Positions 1 through 10,088 are shown, numbered from the stretch's first letter. The stretch is DNA of 64,000 nt from an uncultured Eubacterium sp. (GCA_964555015.1 CAZKQV010000006.1:18875-82874), one strand, 5' to 3'. Made by a program: numbers and translations. The notes: generated by a model not told the origin, from the letters alone.

Positions 1-1315
1 ATTTGACGAGGTGCTAAACAGTGTCATCGACATATTGCAATCGGATGTGGATTTTCAGAAAGTAGTTTATAAGTATATGATCCAAAACAAGGAGATCAGC
101 GCAAAAGAGATTTGTCTGATCCTCTATGATCAGGGTGTATTTGACAAACAAAAAGATGACGACTATACCAGTCTGGTATACGATGAGATCAGTACTTATA
201 CTTTTATCTACCGTAAGATTTATAATCTTGAGATCACACCGGCTCAGCTTGCCTTAGATCCATGCTCCGGTTCTGTGATAATCACGGACCCGGATACGGG
301 AGAAATCAGAGCGATGGTATCTTACCCAAGCTATGATAATAACAAGCTGGCCAATGGAATCGACGCAGAATACTTTGCTTTGTTAAATGACGATAAGTCG
401 TCGCCGATGCTGAACCAATGTACACAGACGAGAACGGCTCCCGGTTCTACCTTTAAGCCGATCACTGCAACGGCGCTGCTGGAAGAAAACATCATCACAA
501 CTGCAACGACCATAAAGTGTAAAGGTATTTTTGATAAGATCACCCCAAGCGCCAAGTGCTGGATTTATCCGGATACCCATAAATCTTTGACGGTCAGCGG
601 AGCCATCGCCGTATCTTGTAACTACTTCTTCTATGAGGCAGGTTATCGGATGGGAACGGCCAACGGAAGCTATGACAGTGAGAGAGGTTTGAACACGCTG
701 AAAAAATACGTATCAAAATACGGACTAAACTGCAAATCCGGCGTGGAGATCACGGAATACGATCCGCAGATTTCAGACGAAGACGCAGTGAGATCCAGTA
801 TCGGTCAGGGTACGCACAACTATACTCCGAGCCAGATCTCCAGATATCTTACTTCCCTGATCAATGAAAAAGAACTTCTGGAATTAAGTCTTCTGAAAAA
901 GACGGTGAGCACGCAGGGAGGAGAGACAAAGGAATACACAAAGACAGTGGATGATAAACTGGATGTTGACGAAGCGACCTTTGATACCATCAAAAAGGGT
1001 ATGATCGCCGTGGTAAACGGAAAAGACAGTTCCATTAAATTCCTCTACGAGAATCAGGGACTTAAGGTTGCCGGCAAGACAGGTACCGCACAGGAAAATA
1101 AAAACCGGCCAAACCACGCTCTCTTTATTTCTTATGCACCGTATGATGATCCGGAGATTACGATGACCGTTGTGGTACGTAATGGATATACTTCCGCTAA
1201 TGCGGCGGAAATTGCCAGAGATATCTATAAATACTATTTTGGAAAAGCAGGAAAGAATGAAAAGAACGCAAAAACGGCGTTGCTGCCAAGTGGAAACGAC
1301 ATTAATAATGACTAA
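1..1315 (+). CDS. Penicillin-binding protein 2 (class B PBP, MrdA-like) transpeptidase domain; 5' end lies upstream of the window
   Basis: The frame is open from the window edge. It carries SxxK (STFK), SxN (SCN) and KTG (KTGT) motifs. It lies directly upstream of minCDE-rodA, as in mre-pbp2-min clusters. Confidence 0.85.
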   Translation, partial: FDEVLNSVIDILQSDVDFQKVVYKYMIQNKEISAKEICLILYDQGVFDKQKDDDYTSLVYDEISTYTFIYRKIYNLEITPAQLALDPCSGSVIITDPDTGEIRAMVSYPSYDNNKLANGIDAEYFALLNDDKSSPMLNQCTQTRTAPGSTFKPITATALLEENIITTATTIKCKGIFDKITPSAKCWIYPDTHKSLTVSGAIAVSCNYFFYEAGYRMGTANGSYDSERGLNTLKKYVSKYGLNCKSGVEITEYDPQISDEDAVRSSIGQGTHNYTPSQISRYLTSLINEKELLELSLLKKTVSTQGGETKEYTKTVDDKLDVDEATFDTIKKGMIAVVNGKDSSIKFLYENQGLKVAGKTGTAQENKNRPNHALFISYAPYDDPEITMTVVVRNGYTSANAAEIARDIYKYYFGKAGKNEKNAKTALLPSGNDINND

Positions 1316-1362
1316 AGCGGTGAATCATCCATAGAATGATTTGCCTGCTTTAAGGGGGAGAT

Positions 1363-2112
1363 ATGAGAAGTTCCGTGATTATTAAAGGGAACAAGTACGG
1401 TTTTCAGATCGTGCTAAATCCCGCGATTCCCTTTGAAGAATTAGTGGCAGAGACTGCGGCGAAGTTTTGTGAACTGGCCCAGTTTTTCAACGGCCAAAAA
1501 TCATTTGCCGTAAGCTTTGAAGGGAGAATACTCACAAAAGAGGAACAAAATCGTCTGGTCGACGTGATCGCAGAAAACAGCGGATTAAACATCAGCTACC
1601 TGATTGACGGGGCAAAGGCCTATGAGACGCAATTTGCGAAGGCTCTCGCGGAAGCGGGGGCTTTCAGGGGAGGATCAGGGGAGGTAAAAAATAGTATCCG
1701 GGAGGAAGGCGAGGCGCCGGATTGGTTAAAGGAATCCGACGACGGGCAGTTTTACCGGGGCAGCCTTCGCTTTGGACAGACCCTGGAGGTGAAGGGAAGT
1801 ATCGTTGTGATCGGAGATATCTGTCCGGGGGCAAAGATCATTGCCGGAGGGAATATCGTGATCGTCGGGAGCGCAAAGGGAGAAATTTGCGCAGGATTTC
1901 CGGACGACGAGGACGCCTATATTGCCGGACTGTTCCTGGATCCCGACAAGATACAGATCGGAAGACACCAGATAAAATACGCAGGTCTTAAGAAAAAAAG
2001 TAAAAACAGTCTGTCCCATTTCCGGGGAGCCACAATGGCTTTCGTAGAAAATGAGTCAATTTATATGAAAACGATTACAAAGTCTCTCATACATGAAGTG
2101 AGTATCAGCTAA
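1363..2112 (+). CDS. minC: Septum site-determining protein MinC
   Basis: 249 aa. The C-terminal beta-helix repeat region reads GDICPGAKIIAGGNIVIVGSAKGEI. It immediately precedes minD and minE, with SD GGGGGAG upstream. Confidence 0.85.
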   Translation: MRSSVIIKGNKYGFQIVLNPAIPFEELVAETAAKFCELAQFFNGQKSFAVSFEGRILTKEEQNRLVDVIAENSGLNISYLIDGAKAYETQFAKALAEAGAFRGGSGEVKNSIREEGEAPDWLKESDDGQFYRGSLRFGQTLEVKGSIVVIGDICPGAKIIAGGNIVIVGSAKGEICAGFPDDEDAYIAGLFLDPDKIQIGRHQIKYAGLKKKSKNSLSHFRGATMAFVENESIYMKTITKSLIHEVSIS

Positions 2113-2131
2113 GAATAAAAAGGAGATTATT

Positions 2132-2923
2132 ATGGGTGAAGTTATTGTAGTGACATCCGGAAAAGGAGGCGTCGGTAAGACTACCACATCGGCAAATATC
2201 GGTACGGGGCTTGCCAAATTAAATAGAAAAGTGTTATTAATTGATACGGATATCGGTCTTAGGAACCTGGACGTGGTGATGGGATTGGAAAATCGTATCG
2301 TTTATAACTTAGTCGACGTGATCGAAGGAAATTGCAGATTAAAACAGGCGGCGATCCGGGACAAAAAAAATCCGGACCTGTATCTCCTCCCTTCTGCCCA
2401 GACGCGGGATAAATCTGCGGTCAGTCCGGAGCAGATGAAAAAGCTGGTGGAAGAACTAAAAGAAGAGTTTGATTATATCATCCTCGACTGTCCGGCGGGA
2501 ATTGAGCAGGGCTTCAAAAATGCCATAGCCGGAGCAGACCGCGCGGTGGTCGTGACCACGCCGGAAGTTTCCGCGATCCGCGACGCCGATAGAATTATCG
2601 GACTTTTGCAGGCAGCGGAAGTGAAAACGATTGATCTGGTGATAAACCGGATTCGTATGGATATGGTCAAAAGAGGCGATATGATGTCGGTGGATGATGT
2701 TTTGGACATACTTGCCGTCAATTTGATCGGAGTGGTTCCCGACGATGAAAATATCGTGGTATCGACCAATGAAGGAGAGCCGCTGGTAGGGAAAAATTAT
2801 CTTTCCGGACAGGCATATATGAACATATGCCGAAGAATTTTGGGGAAAGAAGTACCTCTTATGGAACTTTCTTCCGGAGGCTTTTTCCAGAAACTAAAAC
2901 ATATTTTCAAAAAAGAATATTAA
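2132..2923 (+). CDS. minD: Septum site-determining ATPase MinD
   Basis: Deviant Walker A GKGGVGKTT and a C-terminal amphipathic helix FFQKLKHIFKK. It lies between minC and minE. Confidence 0.95.
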   Translation: MGEVIVVTSGKGGVGKTTTSANIGTGLAKLNRKVLLIDTDIGLRNLDVVMGLENRIVYNLVDVIEGNCRLKQAAIRDKKNPDLYLLPSAQTRDKSAVSPEQMKKLVEELKEEFDYIILDCPAGIEQGFKNAIAGADRAVVVTTPEVSAIRDADRIIGLLQAAEVKTIDLVINRIRMDMVKRGDMMSVDDVLDILAVNLIGVVPDDENIVVSTNEGEPLVGKNYLSGQAYMNICRRILGKEVPLMELSSGGFFQKLKHIFKKEY

Positions 2924-2939
2924 TAAAGGGGGAGCTGTT

Positions 2940-3212
2940 ATGAGATTAAAGGATGCTTTACTTCGGAAAAGAACCTCGAAAAATGCGGCCAAGGACCGTT
3001 TGAGACTGGTGCTTGTCTCCGACCGCGCAAATTGCTCCCCGGATACTTTAGAGATGATGAAAAAAGAAATGATTGCGGTGATTTCAAAGTATGTGGAAAT
3101 CAACACCCAGGCCATGGATATTCAGATCGTTCAGGCAGAGTGTCATAAAAACGGAAGTTCGCCTGCAATCTATGCAAACATACCGATTAAGGAATTGAAA
3201 TCAGCCAGATAA
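2940..3212 (+). CDS. minE: Cell division topological specificity factor MinE
   Basis: 90 aa. The N-terminus has the typical KNAAKDRLRLVLVSDR segment. It lies directly after minD. Confidence 0.9.
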   Translation: MRLKDALLRKRTSKNAAKDRLRLVLVSDRANCSPDTLEMMKKEMIAVISKYVEINTQAMDIQIVQAECHKNGSSPAIYANIPIKELKSAR

Positions 3213-3223
3213 TGGAGGAACAT

Positions 3224-4336
3224 ATGGTCAGGCAAAAATACCAAATGAAAAATTATAACTGGATATTGTTCGTTGATGTACTGCTGTTGTCGCTGGCGGG
3301 CGTTTTATTTATCAACAGCGCGGACAATTCATACACAGTAAGACAGCTTATCGGTTTGATTTTTGGCGTACTGTTTATGATTGCCTTCGCTTTTCTGGAT
3401 TTTAAAAAAATCTGCAATTTCAGTAAGATACTATACATCTTAAATATCATTATGCTTCTGATCGTGGAATTTGCCGGGGTAAAAGTGGGAGGCGCAAGAC
3501 GATGGATCAGCCTTGGAGTTACGAACATTCAGCCTTCCGAGTTTACCAAGATCATTATGATCATTTTTGTGGCGACCTATATACAGGAGCATGAAGAAGA
3601 CTTTAATAAACCAAAGACCTTGATTAAACTGGCGGCATTATGTGTCATTCCGGTATTTCTTGTTATGGTGGAACCGGATTTGTCCACGACGATTGATATT
3701 GTATTTATTCTCCTTGCCGTCATCTATGTCGGGGGATTAAATTACAAGATAATCCGAAATTGTCTCCTTGTTCTGATCCCGTTATCCTTTATTTTTATAT
3801 GGTACATTCAGACGCCAAATCAGATTATTTTACAGGATTATCAGGTAAAGCGTATTATGACATTCATTAACCCGGCAAAATATAAAGACACTACCATGTA
3901 TCAGCAGGATAACTCCGTGATGGCGATCGGATCCGGCCAATTATACGGAAAAGGGTTAAATAATAATACGATATCGGATGTTTCGGTCACAGATACCGGC
4001 TTTGTCTCAGAACAGCAGACAGACTTTATTTTTTCCGTGGTGGGAGAAGAATTTGGGTTTATCGGAAGCGTGTTTGTTATTGCATTATTAGCGATAATAG
4101 TGTTACAATGTTTATTGATGGCACATCGAGCTAGGAATTTGAGTGGTAAGTTAATTGCGACCGGTATGGCGGCTTTAGTAGGCTTCCAGTCTTTCATTAA
4201 TGTAGGAGTAGCGACAGCAATTTTGCCGAATACAGGTTTGCCGCTTCCGTTTCTCAGCTATGGACTTACGTCTTTGTTGGCTTGTATGGTAGGAATGGGA
4301 ATCGTGTTAAATATTGGCCTTCAAAGACAATATTAA
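3224..4336 (+). CDS. rodA: SEDS family peptidoglycan glycosyltransferase (RodA/FtsW/SpoVE)
   Basis: Polytopic membrane protein with motifs GSGQLYGKGL, EQQTDFIF and LPNTGLPLPFLSYG. The ATG at 3224 has GGAGG 5 nt upstream; the ATG at 3212 is an alternative start. Confidence 0.85.
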   Translation: MVRQKYQMKNYNWILFVDVLLLSLAGVLFINSADNSYTVRQLIGLIFGVLFMIAFAFLDFKKICNFSKILYILNIIMLLIVEFAGVKVGGARRWISLGVTNIQPSEFTKIIMIIFVATYIQEHEEDFNKPKTLIKLAALCVIPVFLVMVEPDLSTTIDIVFILLAVIYVGGLNYKIIRNCLLVLIPLSFIFIWYIQTPNQIILQDYQVKRIMTFINPAKYKDTTMYQQDNSVMAIGSGQLYGKGLNNNTISDVSVTDTGFVSEQQTDFIFSVVGEEFGFIGSVFVIALLAIIVLQCLLMAHRARNLSGKLIATGMAALVGFQSFINVGVATAILPNTGLPLPFLSYGLTSLLACMVGMGIVLNIGLQRQY

Positions 4337-4347
4337 GGGGGACAGTA

Positions 4348-4743
4348 ATGAATATTGGATTAATTGCAAATGACGGAAAGAAAAAACTGATGCAGAATTT
4401 CTGCATCGCATATCGAGGAATACTGAACAAACATGAGTTGTTTGCAACGGCGACGACAGGAAGATTGATTGAGGAAGTGACGAATCTTTCTATTCATAAG
4501 TATATAGCAGGAGAATTGGGCGGACAGCAGCAATTTGCTTCCCAGATTGAACATAACCTGATGGATATGGTGATCTTTTTGAGAGATCCGAACTCCCACA
4601 GACCGCAGGAGAGTACCCCGTTTGACGTGGTGCATTTATGCGATATACATAATATACCGATCGCAACGAATCTTGCGTCTGCTGAGCTTTTGATCAAGGC
4701 GTTGGAAAGAGGCGATTTGGAATGGAGAGAAATGTACCGATGA
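4348..4743 (+). CDS. mgsA: Methylglyoxal synthase
   Basis: About 131 aa starting MNIGLIANDGKKK. It has a GGQQQ segment and a C-terminal CDIHNIPIATN motif typical of MgsA. SD GGGGGA lies upstream, so the 4282 start in the track is rejected. Confidence 0.85.
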   Translation: MNIGLIANDGKKKLMQNFCIAYRGILNKHELFATATTGRLIEEVTNLSIHKYIAGELGGQQQFASQIEHNLMDMVIFLRDPNSHRPQESTPFDVVHLCDIHNIPIATNLASAELLIKALERGDLEWREMYR

Positions 4744-5693
4744 ATAAGAAAATTCTTGCGGGATTACTGTGCGTCTTGCTGTGCGTTTCTTCCGTATGTA
4801 CAGGATGCGGAAGGAGCAGCGCATACGAGGAACACTTCAACGAGACTGCTTTTAATGACTCTTTGGAGTCCACGGCAATGGCGGACGATCTCGCTGTAAT
4901 TTCAGAGGAAGAGGGAAAAAGCTATAATTTTGACAGTGAAGATGGCGCGGATCTTTTGATCAACGATACCACCAACGAAGTTCTTGCATCCAGAAATTGT
5001 TTCGTCGAACTTTATCCGGCAAGTATCACAAAGATTATGACTGCCTTGCTCACACTGGAAAAAGGAAACCTTGAGGATACCATCACTCTCGATCATGACA
5101 TAGTAATGACAGAGAGCGGCGCGGTGATCAGCACTTTGTCAAAGGGCGACACGGTCACGGTGGATCAGGTATTTCATACCATGCTGATCAAATCCGCCAA
5201 CGACTGTGCGGTGATTCTCGCAGAATACATCGCAGGTTCGGAGGAAGCCTTTGCGAAGATGATGACGGAAAGGGCAAAGGAATTGGGAGCGACGCATACC
5301 CAGTTTAAAAATTCCAACGGCCTTCATCTGGAAGGGCATTATACGACTGCCTATGATCTTTATCTGATCTTTAAAGAATGTGTAAAACATCAGGAATTTG
5401 TGGATACCGTTTCCATGTCCGAGTATGTGATGACCTACACCAATTCCAGCGGGGAGCAGGTTAACGAATATGTATCCACGACCAATCATTATTTGTCTCA
5501 GGAAAATCCGATACCGGACGGAGTGGTCATGTACGGAGGAAAAACAGGAACGACTTCCATGGCGGGTTCATGTCTCATTTTGATGACGGAAAATACCCAG
5601 GGAGAAATCTTTTTTGCGGTGGTGCTGGGAGCGATGAGTAAGGATCAGTTATATGGTTCTATGACAGAATTATTAGAAAAAACCGTGAAATAA
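4740..5693 (+). CDS. Serine-type D-Ala-D-Ala carboxypeptidase (PBP5/DacB-like), probable lipoprotein
   Basis: Signal/lipobox LLCVSSVCTGCG. Motifs SxxK (SITK), SxN (SAN) and KTG (KTGT). SD GGAGAG lies upstream of the ATG at 4740. Confidence 0.8.
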   Translation: MNKKILAGLLCVLLCVSSVCTGCGRSSAYEEHFNETAFNDSLESTAMADDLAVISEEEGKSYNFDSEDGADLLINDTTNEVLASRNCFVELYPASITKIMTALLTLEKGNLEDTITLDHDIVMTESGAVISTLSKGDTVTVDQVFHTMLIKSANDCAVILAEYIAGSEEAFAKMMTERAKELGATHTQFKNSNGLHLEGHYTTAYDLYLIFKECVKHQEFVDTVSMSEYVMTYTNSSGEQVNEYVSTTNHYLSQENPIPDGVVMYGGKTGTTSMAGSCLILMTENTQGEIFFAVVLGAMSKDQLYGSMTELLEKTVK

Positions 5694-5779
5694 TAGTTGT
5701 ACTTTTATTTATAATAAATTATAATAAACGTAGAATAAAACTGCGAAAGCAGAATACATATTTAAGGAGGATTTTAATC

Positions 5780-6196
5780 ATGATTGAGATTATTGCTGGC
5801 TCAAAGGGCAAGGGAAAAACAAAAATATTATTAGATAGTGTGAATGATGAGATCAAATTAACAAAGGGAACGATTGTATATCTTGACAAGAACAATAAAC
5901 AGATGTATAAGTTAAGCAACCAGATTCGTCTTATCGTAGTTCCTGAGTTTAACATCGACGACACTGATATGTTCCTCGGATTCATTTCCGGTATCCTTTC
6001 CCAGGATCATGATTTAGATAAAATATATTTAGACAGTTTCTTGACAATTGCTCATATTGAAGATAATATTGAATACGCAATACAGAGATTAGATGCATTA
6101 TCGAAAAAGTTTGATGTGAATTTTGTTTTGAGCGTATCTACAGATCAAAAAGACTTACCAGCTTCTGTTCAGGGATTGGTTACGGTAGCGCTGTAA
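5780..6196 (+). CDS. Small P-loop NTPase-like protein of unknown function (138 aa)
   Basis: Walker A-like GSKGKGKT at residues 7-14 and a Walker B-like hydrophobic strand ending KIYLDS. Strong SD AAGGAGG, an AT-rich upstream region and its own terminator downstream. Confidence 0.6.
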   Translation: MIEIIAGSKGKGKTKILLDSVNDEIKLTKGTIVYLDKNNKQMYKLSNQIRLIVVPEFNIDDTDMFLGFISGILSQDHDLDKIYLDSFLTIAHIEDNIEYAIQRLDALSKKFDVNFVLSVSTDQKDLPASVQGLVTVAL

Positions 6197-6245
6197 CATC
6201 CGGGACAAACAGTTTTGATATCCATAGACTAGAAGAGATAAAGAT

Positions 6246-6276
6246 AGCCTCATAATATTTATGGGGCTGTCTTTTT
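6246..6276 (+). terminator. Rho-independent terminator after the small P-loop gene
   Basis: 10-bp stem AGCCTCATAA / TTATGGGGCT with a 3-nt loop, followed by GTCTTTTT. It covers the ATG at 6261 proposed by the ORF track for the next gene. Confidence 0.7.
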
Positions 6277-6305
6277 GCAAGACAAGAAAAAGCCGGAGGT
6301 ATCCT

Positions 6306-7253
6306 ATGAAAGAGTCGCTTTACCTGGCATATTCCACCTGGCTGAAGGGAAAATATGGTGAAAAGGTCTATAAACTCCCGGTGAATCTTCCGGTAACCTG
6401 TCCGAACCGCATTCACAGCACAGGATGTTCTTTTTGTGCAGAGAGCGGAACCGGTTTTGAAGCCTTAGATTCGTCCTTCTCTGTCACCAGTCAATTGGAA
6501 GCTGTCCGGACAAAAATCGAAAAAAAATATAAGGCGCATAAGTTTATTGCCTATTTTCAAAATTATACCAACACCTTCCTTCCGCTTGACCGTCTGCTCT
6601 TTTATATGGAAGAGGCGGCAAACACTGACGGAATTGTAGAAATCTGTATCTCCACAAGACCGGATTGCATCAGAGAAGATTATCTGGAAGCCTTCGCTCA
6701 ATTCTGCGCACGGCACGACATTGAAATATCCATAGAATTGGGATTACAGACAGTGAATTATCATACCCTAAGACGGATCAACCGGGGGCATGGGCTGGCA
6801 GAATTTATTGATGCGGTGCTGCGGATTGATCGGTATTCTTTGGAAGTATGCGCACATATGATTTTGAATCTTCCGGGGGATGATATGGAAGATGTGAGAG
6901 AAGCCGCAAAAATACTCTCCGCCCTTCCGGTGACTATGGTGAAACTGCATTCTTTATATATTCCAAAAAAATGCGTTATGGCCGGGGAATATGAGAAAGG
7001 GCAGCTCAAACTATGTTCCAAAGAAGAATACCTGAATCGTCTGGCAGAGTTTATCGTTTTATTAAGAAAAGATATTGTGGTAGAACGGCTATTTAGCAGA
7101 GTGCCGAAAGAAGACGCCGTTTTTTGTAATTGGGGTTGCAGTTGGTGGAAACTGGCCGATGAATGGGAACATCTGATGAAACAAAAACAATATACGCAGG
7201 GATTGCATTGCGATTATTTAGGCGGCTCTGCGTTAAACAGATGGGAGCTATAA
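6306..7253 (+). CDS. TIGR01212-family radical SAM protein
   Basis: Cys cluster CPNRIHSTGCSFC, characteristic of this family. SD GGAGG precedes the ATG at 6306 (MKESLY...). Confidence 0.8.
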   Translation: MKESLYLAYSTWLKGKYGEKVYKLPVNLPVTCPNRIHSTGCSFCAESGTGFEALDSSFSVTSQLEAVRTKIEKKYKAHKFIAYFQNYTNTFLPLDRLLFYMEEAANTDGIVEICISTRPDCIREDYLEAFAQFCARHDIEISIELGLQTVNYHTLRRINRGHGLAEFIDAVLRIDRYSLEVCAHMILNLPGDDMEDVREAAKILSALPVTMVKLHSLYIPKKCVMAGEYEKGQLKLCSKEEYLNRLAEFIVLLRKDIVVERLFSRVPKEDAVFCNWGCSWWKLADEWEHLMKQKQYTQGLHCDYLGGSALNRWEL

Positions 7254-7254
7254 C

Positions 7255-8643
7255 ATGACTGATAACAAGAAATCAAAGAGAGGGATACATTTTAATATCG
7301 GAATGATTGTATTCCTTGTTATGGTAATATATCTCACAGGGTATATGATCACATATTTGCAGAGGGACAAACTGGCTATTTATGAAGTGACAGAAAGCGA
7401 TATTAAGGATACGATTGAGGGCGCGGGCATCGTGATCAGAGATGAAGAGCTGGTCATCTCAGAGACCGAAGGATACTTAAGCCCCTACGTAAAAGAAGGA
7501 TCCAGAATCCAAAAGGGCGGCACAGTTTATACGGTGGATACCACCGGTAAAGTTCAGGAATTTATCAGCGAGATCGCAGGAGAAAAAGAAGAAACCAGCA
7601 ACGAAGAAAAAAAGAGCGTCATAGAAGAACTTCGGACATTTGGAGAGAGCTATTCCGACGACCGGTTCGGGGATGTTTATGACGCCAAGAATAATATTGC
7701 CCATAATCTGATGGCATACACCGATACGATCATGGCGCAGAACAAAGACGAATTTAACGCCAAATACGGCGAGGGAAGTTACATCGAAGTAAAATCAGAG
7801 TCCGAAGGAATTGTCTCCTATCAGTCCGACGGCATGGAAAGTAAAACAGTGGATGATCTGGAAGTGGAGGATTTCAATGGAAAAAACGACATGAAAGATC
7901 TTCGGATCACGGAGAAAGCCAAGGCTGGAACCCCGGTTTACCGCATCATCAAGTCCCAGACTTGGGATGTGGTCATGGAAGTGAGCAAGGATGAATATCT
8001 TAAGTTAAAAGAGCAGTCCAACAAGGACGTCACAGAGATTAACGTCGGCTTTGACAAAGATGATTTCACCGCAAAAGCTTCCTTCCAGTGCTACATGAAA
8101 GACAACCACTATTATGTGGATCTTACCTTTGACAAATACATACAGCGTTATATCAACCAAAGATATCTGTGGATTGAGTTGATCGTATCCGAGGCGGACG
8201 GGCTTATCGTACCGACAAGTTCCATTATTATCAAAGAGGCCTATAAGATTCCTCTGGAATATCTGATGAACAGCGGAAGCGGTCAAAGCGATTATTATGT
8301 CAATGTACTCACCACTAAAAAGAATGGCGATCAGACGCTTAAACAAGTCAAAGTTGACCTGATTAAGTCCAATACGACCCATGCCTACGTAAACTCCACA
8401 AAGTTAAACAAAGGCGATGTGATTTCCGACGTGGAAAAAGACGACACGCTCACCCTTGGAGACAAAGTAAAAGTAAGAGGAGTTTATGTTGTAAATCAGG
8501 GTTATGCGGATTATCAGACCGTAGAGTTGAAGCAGCGTACGGAGGATTATTGTATTCTATATGAAAAATCCAGTAATATACAGATGTATGATCGTATTAT
8601 TTTGCACAGTGATTCCATAAAAGAAAACCAATTGATTTATTAG
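7255..8643 (+). CDS. Membrane-anchored HlyD/barrel-sandwich-like protein (function unknown)
   Basis: One N-terminal TM helix (IGMIVFLVMVIYLTGYMITYL) followed by a lipoyl-like hairpin segment GYLSPYVKEGSRIQKGGTVYTVD. No partner pump gene is adjacent. Confidence 0.5.
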   Translation: MTDNKKSKRGIHFNIGMIVFLVMVIYLTGYMITYLQRDKLAIYEVTESDIKDTIEGAGIVIRDEELVISETEGYLSPYVKEGSRIQKGGTVYTVDTTGKVQEFISEIAGEKEETSNEEKKSVIEELRTFGESYSDDRFGDVYDAKNNIAHNLMAYTDTIMAQNKDEFNAKYGEGSYIEVKSESEGIVSYQSDGMESKTVDDLEVEDFNGKNDMKDLRITEKAKAGTPVYRIIKSQTWDVVMEVSKDEYLKLKEQSNKDVTEINVGFDKDDFTAKASFQCYMKDNHYYVDLTFDKYIQRYINQRYLWIELIVSEADGLIVPTSSIIIKEAYKIPLEYLMNSGSGQSDYYVNVLTTKKNGDQTLKQVKVDLIKSNTTHAYVNSTKLNKGDVISDVEKDDTLTLGDKVKVRGVYVVNQGYADYQTVELKQRTEDYCILYEKSSNIQMYDRIILHSDSIKENQLIY

Positions 8644-8659
8644 TATTTGGAGAAATATT

Positions 8660-9352
8660 ATGTTAGAATATAATTTAAAATGTGTAAAAGATAACATAAA
8701 AAAAGCTTGTATCAAAGCCGGGAGAGATCCGGGCGAAGTGACGTTAGTCGCTGTCAGCAAAACCAAGCCGTTATCAGATATTGAAGAACTGATTCAGGCG
8801 GGACATTACATCTATGGTGAAAACTATGTCCAGGAATTGTGTGAAAAATATGAAAACGTCAGCCAGGACGTTTCGTGGCACATGATCGGCCATTTACAGA
8901 CCAATAAAGTAAAGTACATCATCGATAAAGTCGTACTGATACATTCTGTGGATTCCTTGCATCTGGCAAAACAAATTGAGAAAGAAGCGAAAAAACGTAA
9001 TATCACCGCACAGATTTTATTACAGGTAAACATAGCCGAGGAAGGGACTAAGTTTGGCCTATGCGAAGAAGAAGTTCTTTCCATGGCGGAAAATATTAGT
9101 TCTTTAGAACACGTTCATGTAAACGGTCTTATGACCAGCGCTCCGTACGCATCAGATCCGGAAGAAAACCGGGGATACTTCCGAAGATTGCATAAACTAT
9201 TTATTGACATCGGGAAGAAAAACATGAATAATATAGATATGAATATATTATCTATGGGAATGACCAATGATTACGAGGTAGCAATTGAAGAGGGAGCCAC
9301 TATGGTTCGAGTAGGTACCGGTATTTTTGGTGAACGGGATTATAAGAATTAA
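8660..9352 (+). CDS. yggS: YggS/YlmE family pyridoxal-phosphate homeostasis protein
   Basis: 230 aa with the PLP-lysine motif VTLVAVSKTKP. It lies directly upstream of sepF, as in the ylm cluster. Confidence 0.9.
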   Translation: MLEYNLKCVKDNIKKACIKAGRDPGEVTLVAVSKTKPLSDIEELIQAGHYIYGENYVQELCEKYENVSQDVSWHMIGHLQTNKVKYIIDKVVLIHSVDSLHLAKQIEKEAKKRNITAQILLQVNIAEEGTKFGLCEEEVLSMAENISSLEHVHVNGLMTSAPYASDPEENRGYFRRLHKLFIDIGKKNMNNIDMNILSMGMTNDYEVAIEEGATMVRVGTGIFGERDYKN

Positions 9353-9369
9353 CAGGAGGTACTTAAGCG

Positions 9370-9957
9370 ATGGCGATCAAATTTGCTGAGAAGTTTTTAA
9401 ATATGATGACTTTAAACGATGCAGATGACGAGTATGATGAATACGAAGAAGTCGAAGAAGATTACGATGATTATGATGACGATGACTATGATGATGAATC
9501 AGAGGAATCTGATCATTCCGACGAAGACTTCCGCAAACCGATTCTATCTTTCCGGCATAAGATGAGAGAGATTGAAGAAAAGCGGGAAGAATTTGAAGAC
9601 GAACGAGAAACCAACGAAAATATACCAAAAAGAGTAATACCGTTTCATCACGGAAAACGAGGAGAGGGAGATATCGTGAAAGTAATAAAACCACAAGAAT
9701 TTAACGAGGCACAGACTATAGTTGACTATCTCAAGGAAGGCAAAACCATCGTTGTGAACTTAGAGGGAATTGAGATTAGTCAGGCACAGCGCATTATTGA
9801 CTTTATCGGCGGAGCCAGCTTTATCATCGACGGTTCCTTAAAAGCTATTTCCAATAATATCTTCATCGTGGCACCAGGAAACATCGAAGTATCTGGAGAC
9901 TTAAAATCCGAGATCATCAACGACACCATGATTTCTCCTGAACTTGGCACCATATAA
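9370..9957 (+). CDS. sepF: Cell division protein SepF
   Basis: N-terminal amphipathic segment MAIKFAEKFLNMM, an acidic linker, and a C-terminal SepF core VIKPQEFNEAQTIVDYLKEGKTIVVNLEG...IFIVAP. Confidence 0.9.
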   Translation: MAIKFAEKFLNMMTLNDADDEYDEYEEVEEDYDDYDDDDYDDESEESDHSDEDFRKPILSFRHKMREIEEKREEFEDERETNENIPKRVIPFHHGKRGEGDIVKVIKPQEFNEAQTIVDYLKEGKTIVVNLEGIEISQAQRIIDFIGGASFIIDGSLKAISNNIFIVAPGNIEVSGDLKSEIINDTMISPELGTI

Positions 9958-9986
9958 ACAACAAGAAAAAGAAAAACAAACCATGA

Positions 9987-10030
9987 GCAGAGTACATATA
10001 CCAAACAAGTATATTACTCTGCGATTTTAT
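9987..10030 (+). terminator. Rho-independent terminator after sepF
   Basis: Stem GCAGAGTACATATAC / GTATAT-TACTCTGC (about 14 bp with one bulge), loop CAAACAA, followed by GATTTTATT. Confidence 0.7.
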
Positions 10031-10050
10031 TGTAAAAGCCCGGACGGCGG

Positions 10051-10088
10051 ACAAACAGATGGGAGTGTTTACACGCCCATCTGTTTGT
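10051..10088 (+). other. Perfect 13-bp stem hairpin within the aroB upstream region
   Basis: ACAAACAGATGGG - 12-nt loop - CCCATCTGTTTGT. No T-tract follows, and no function is assigned. Confidence 0.5.
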
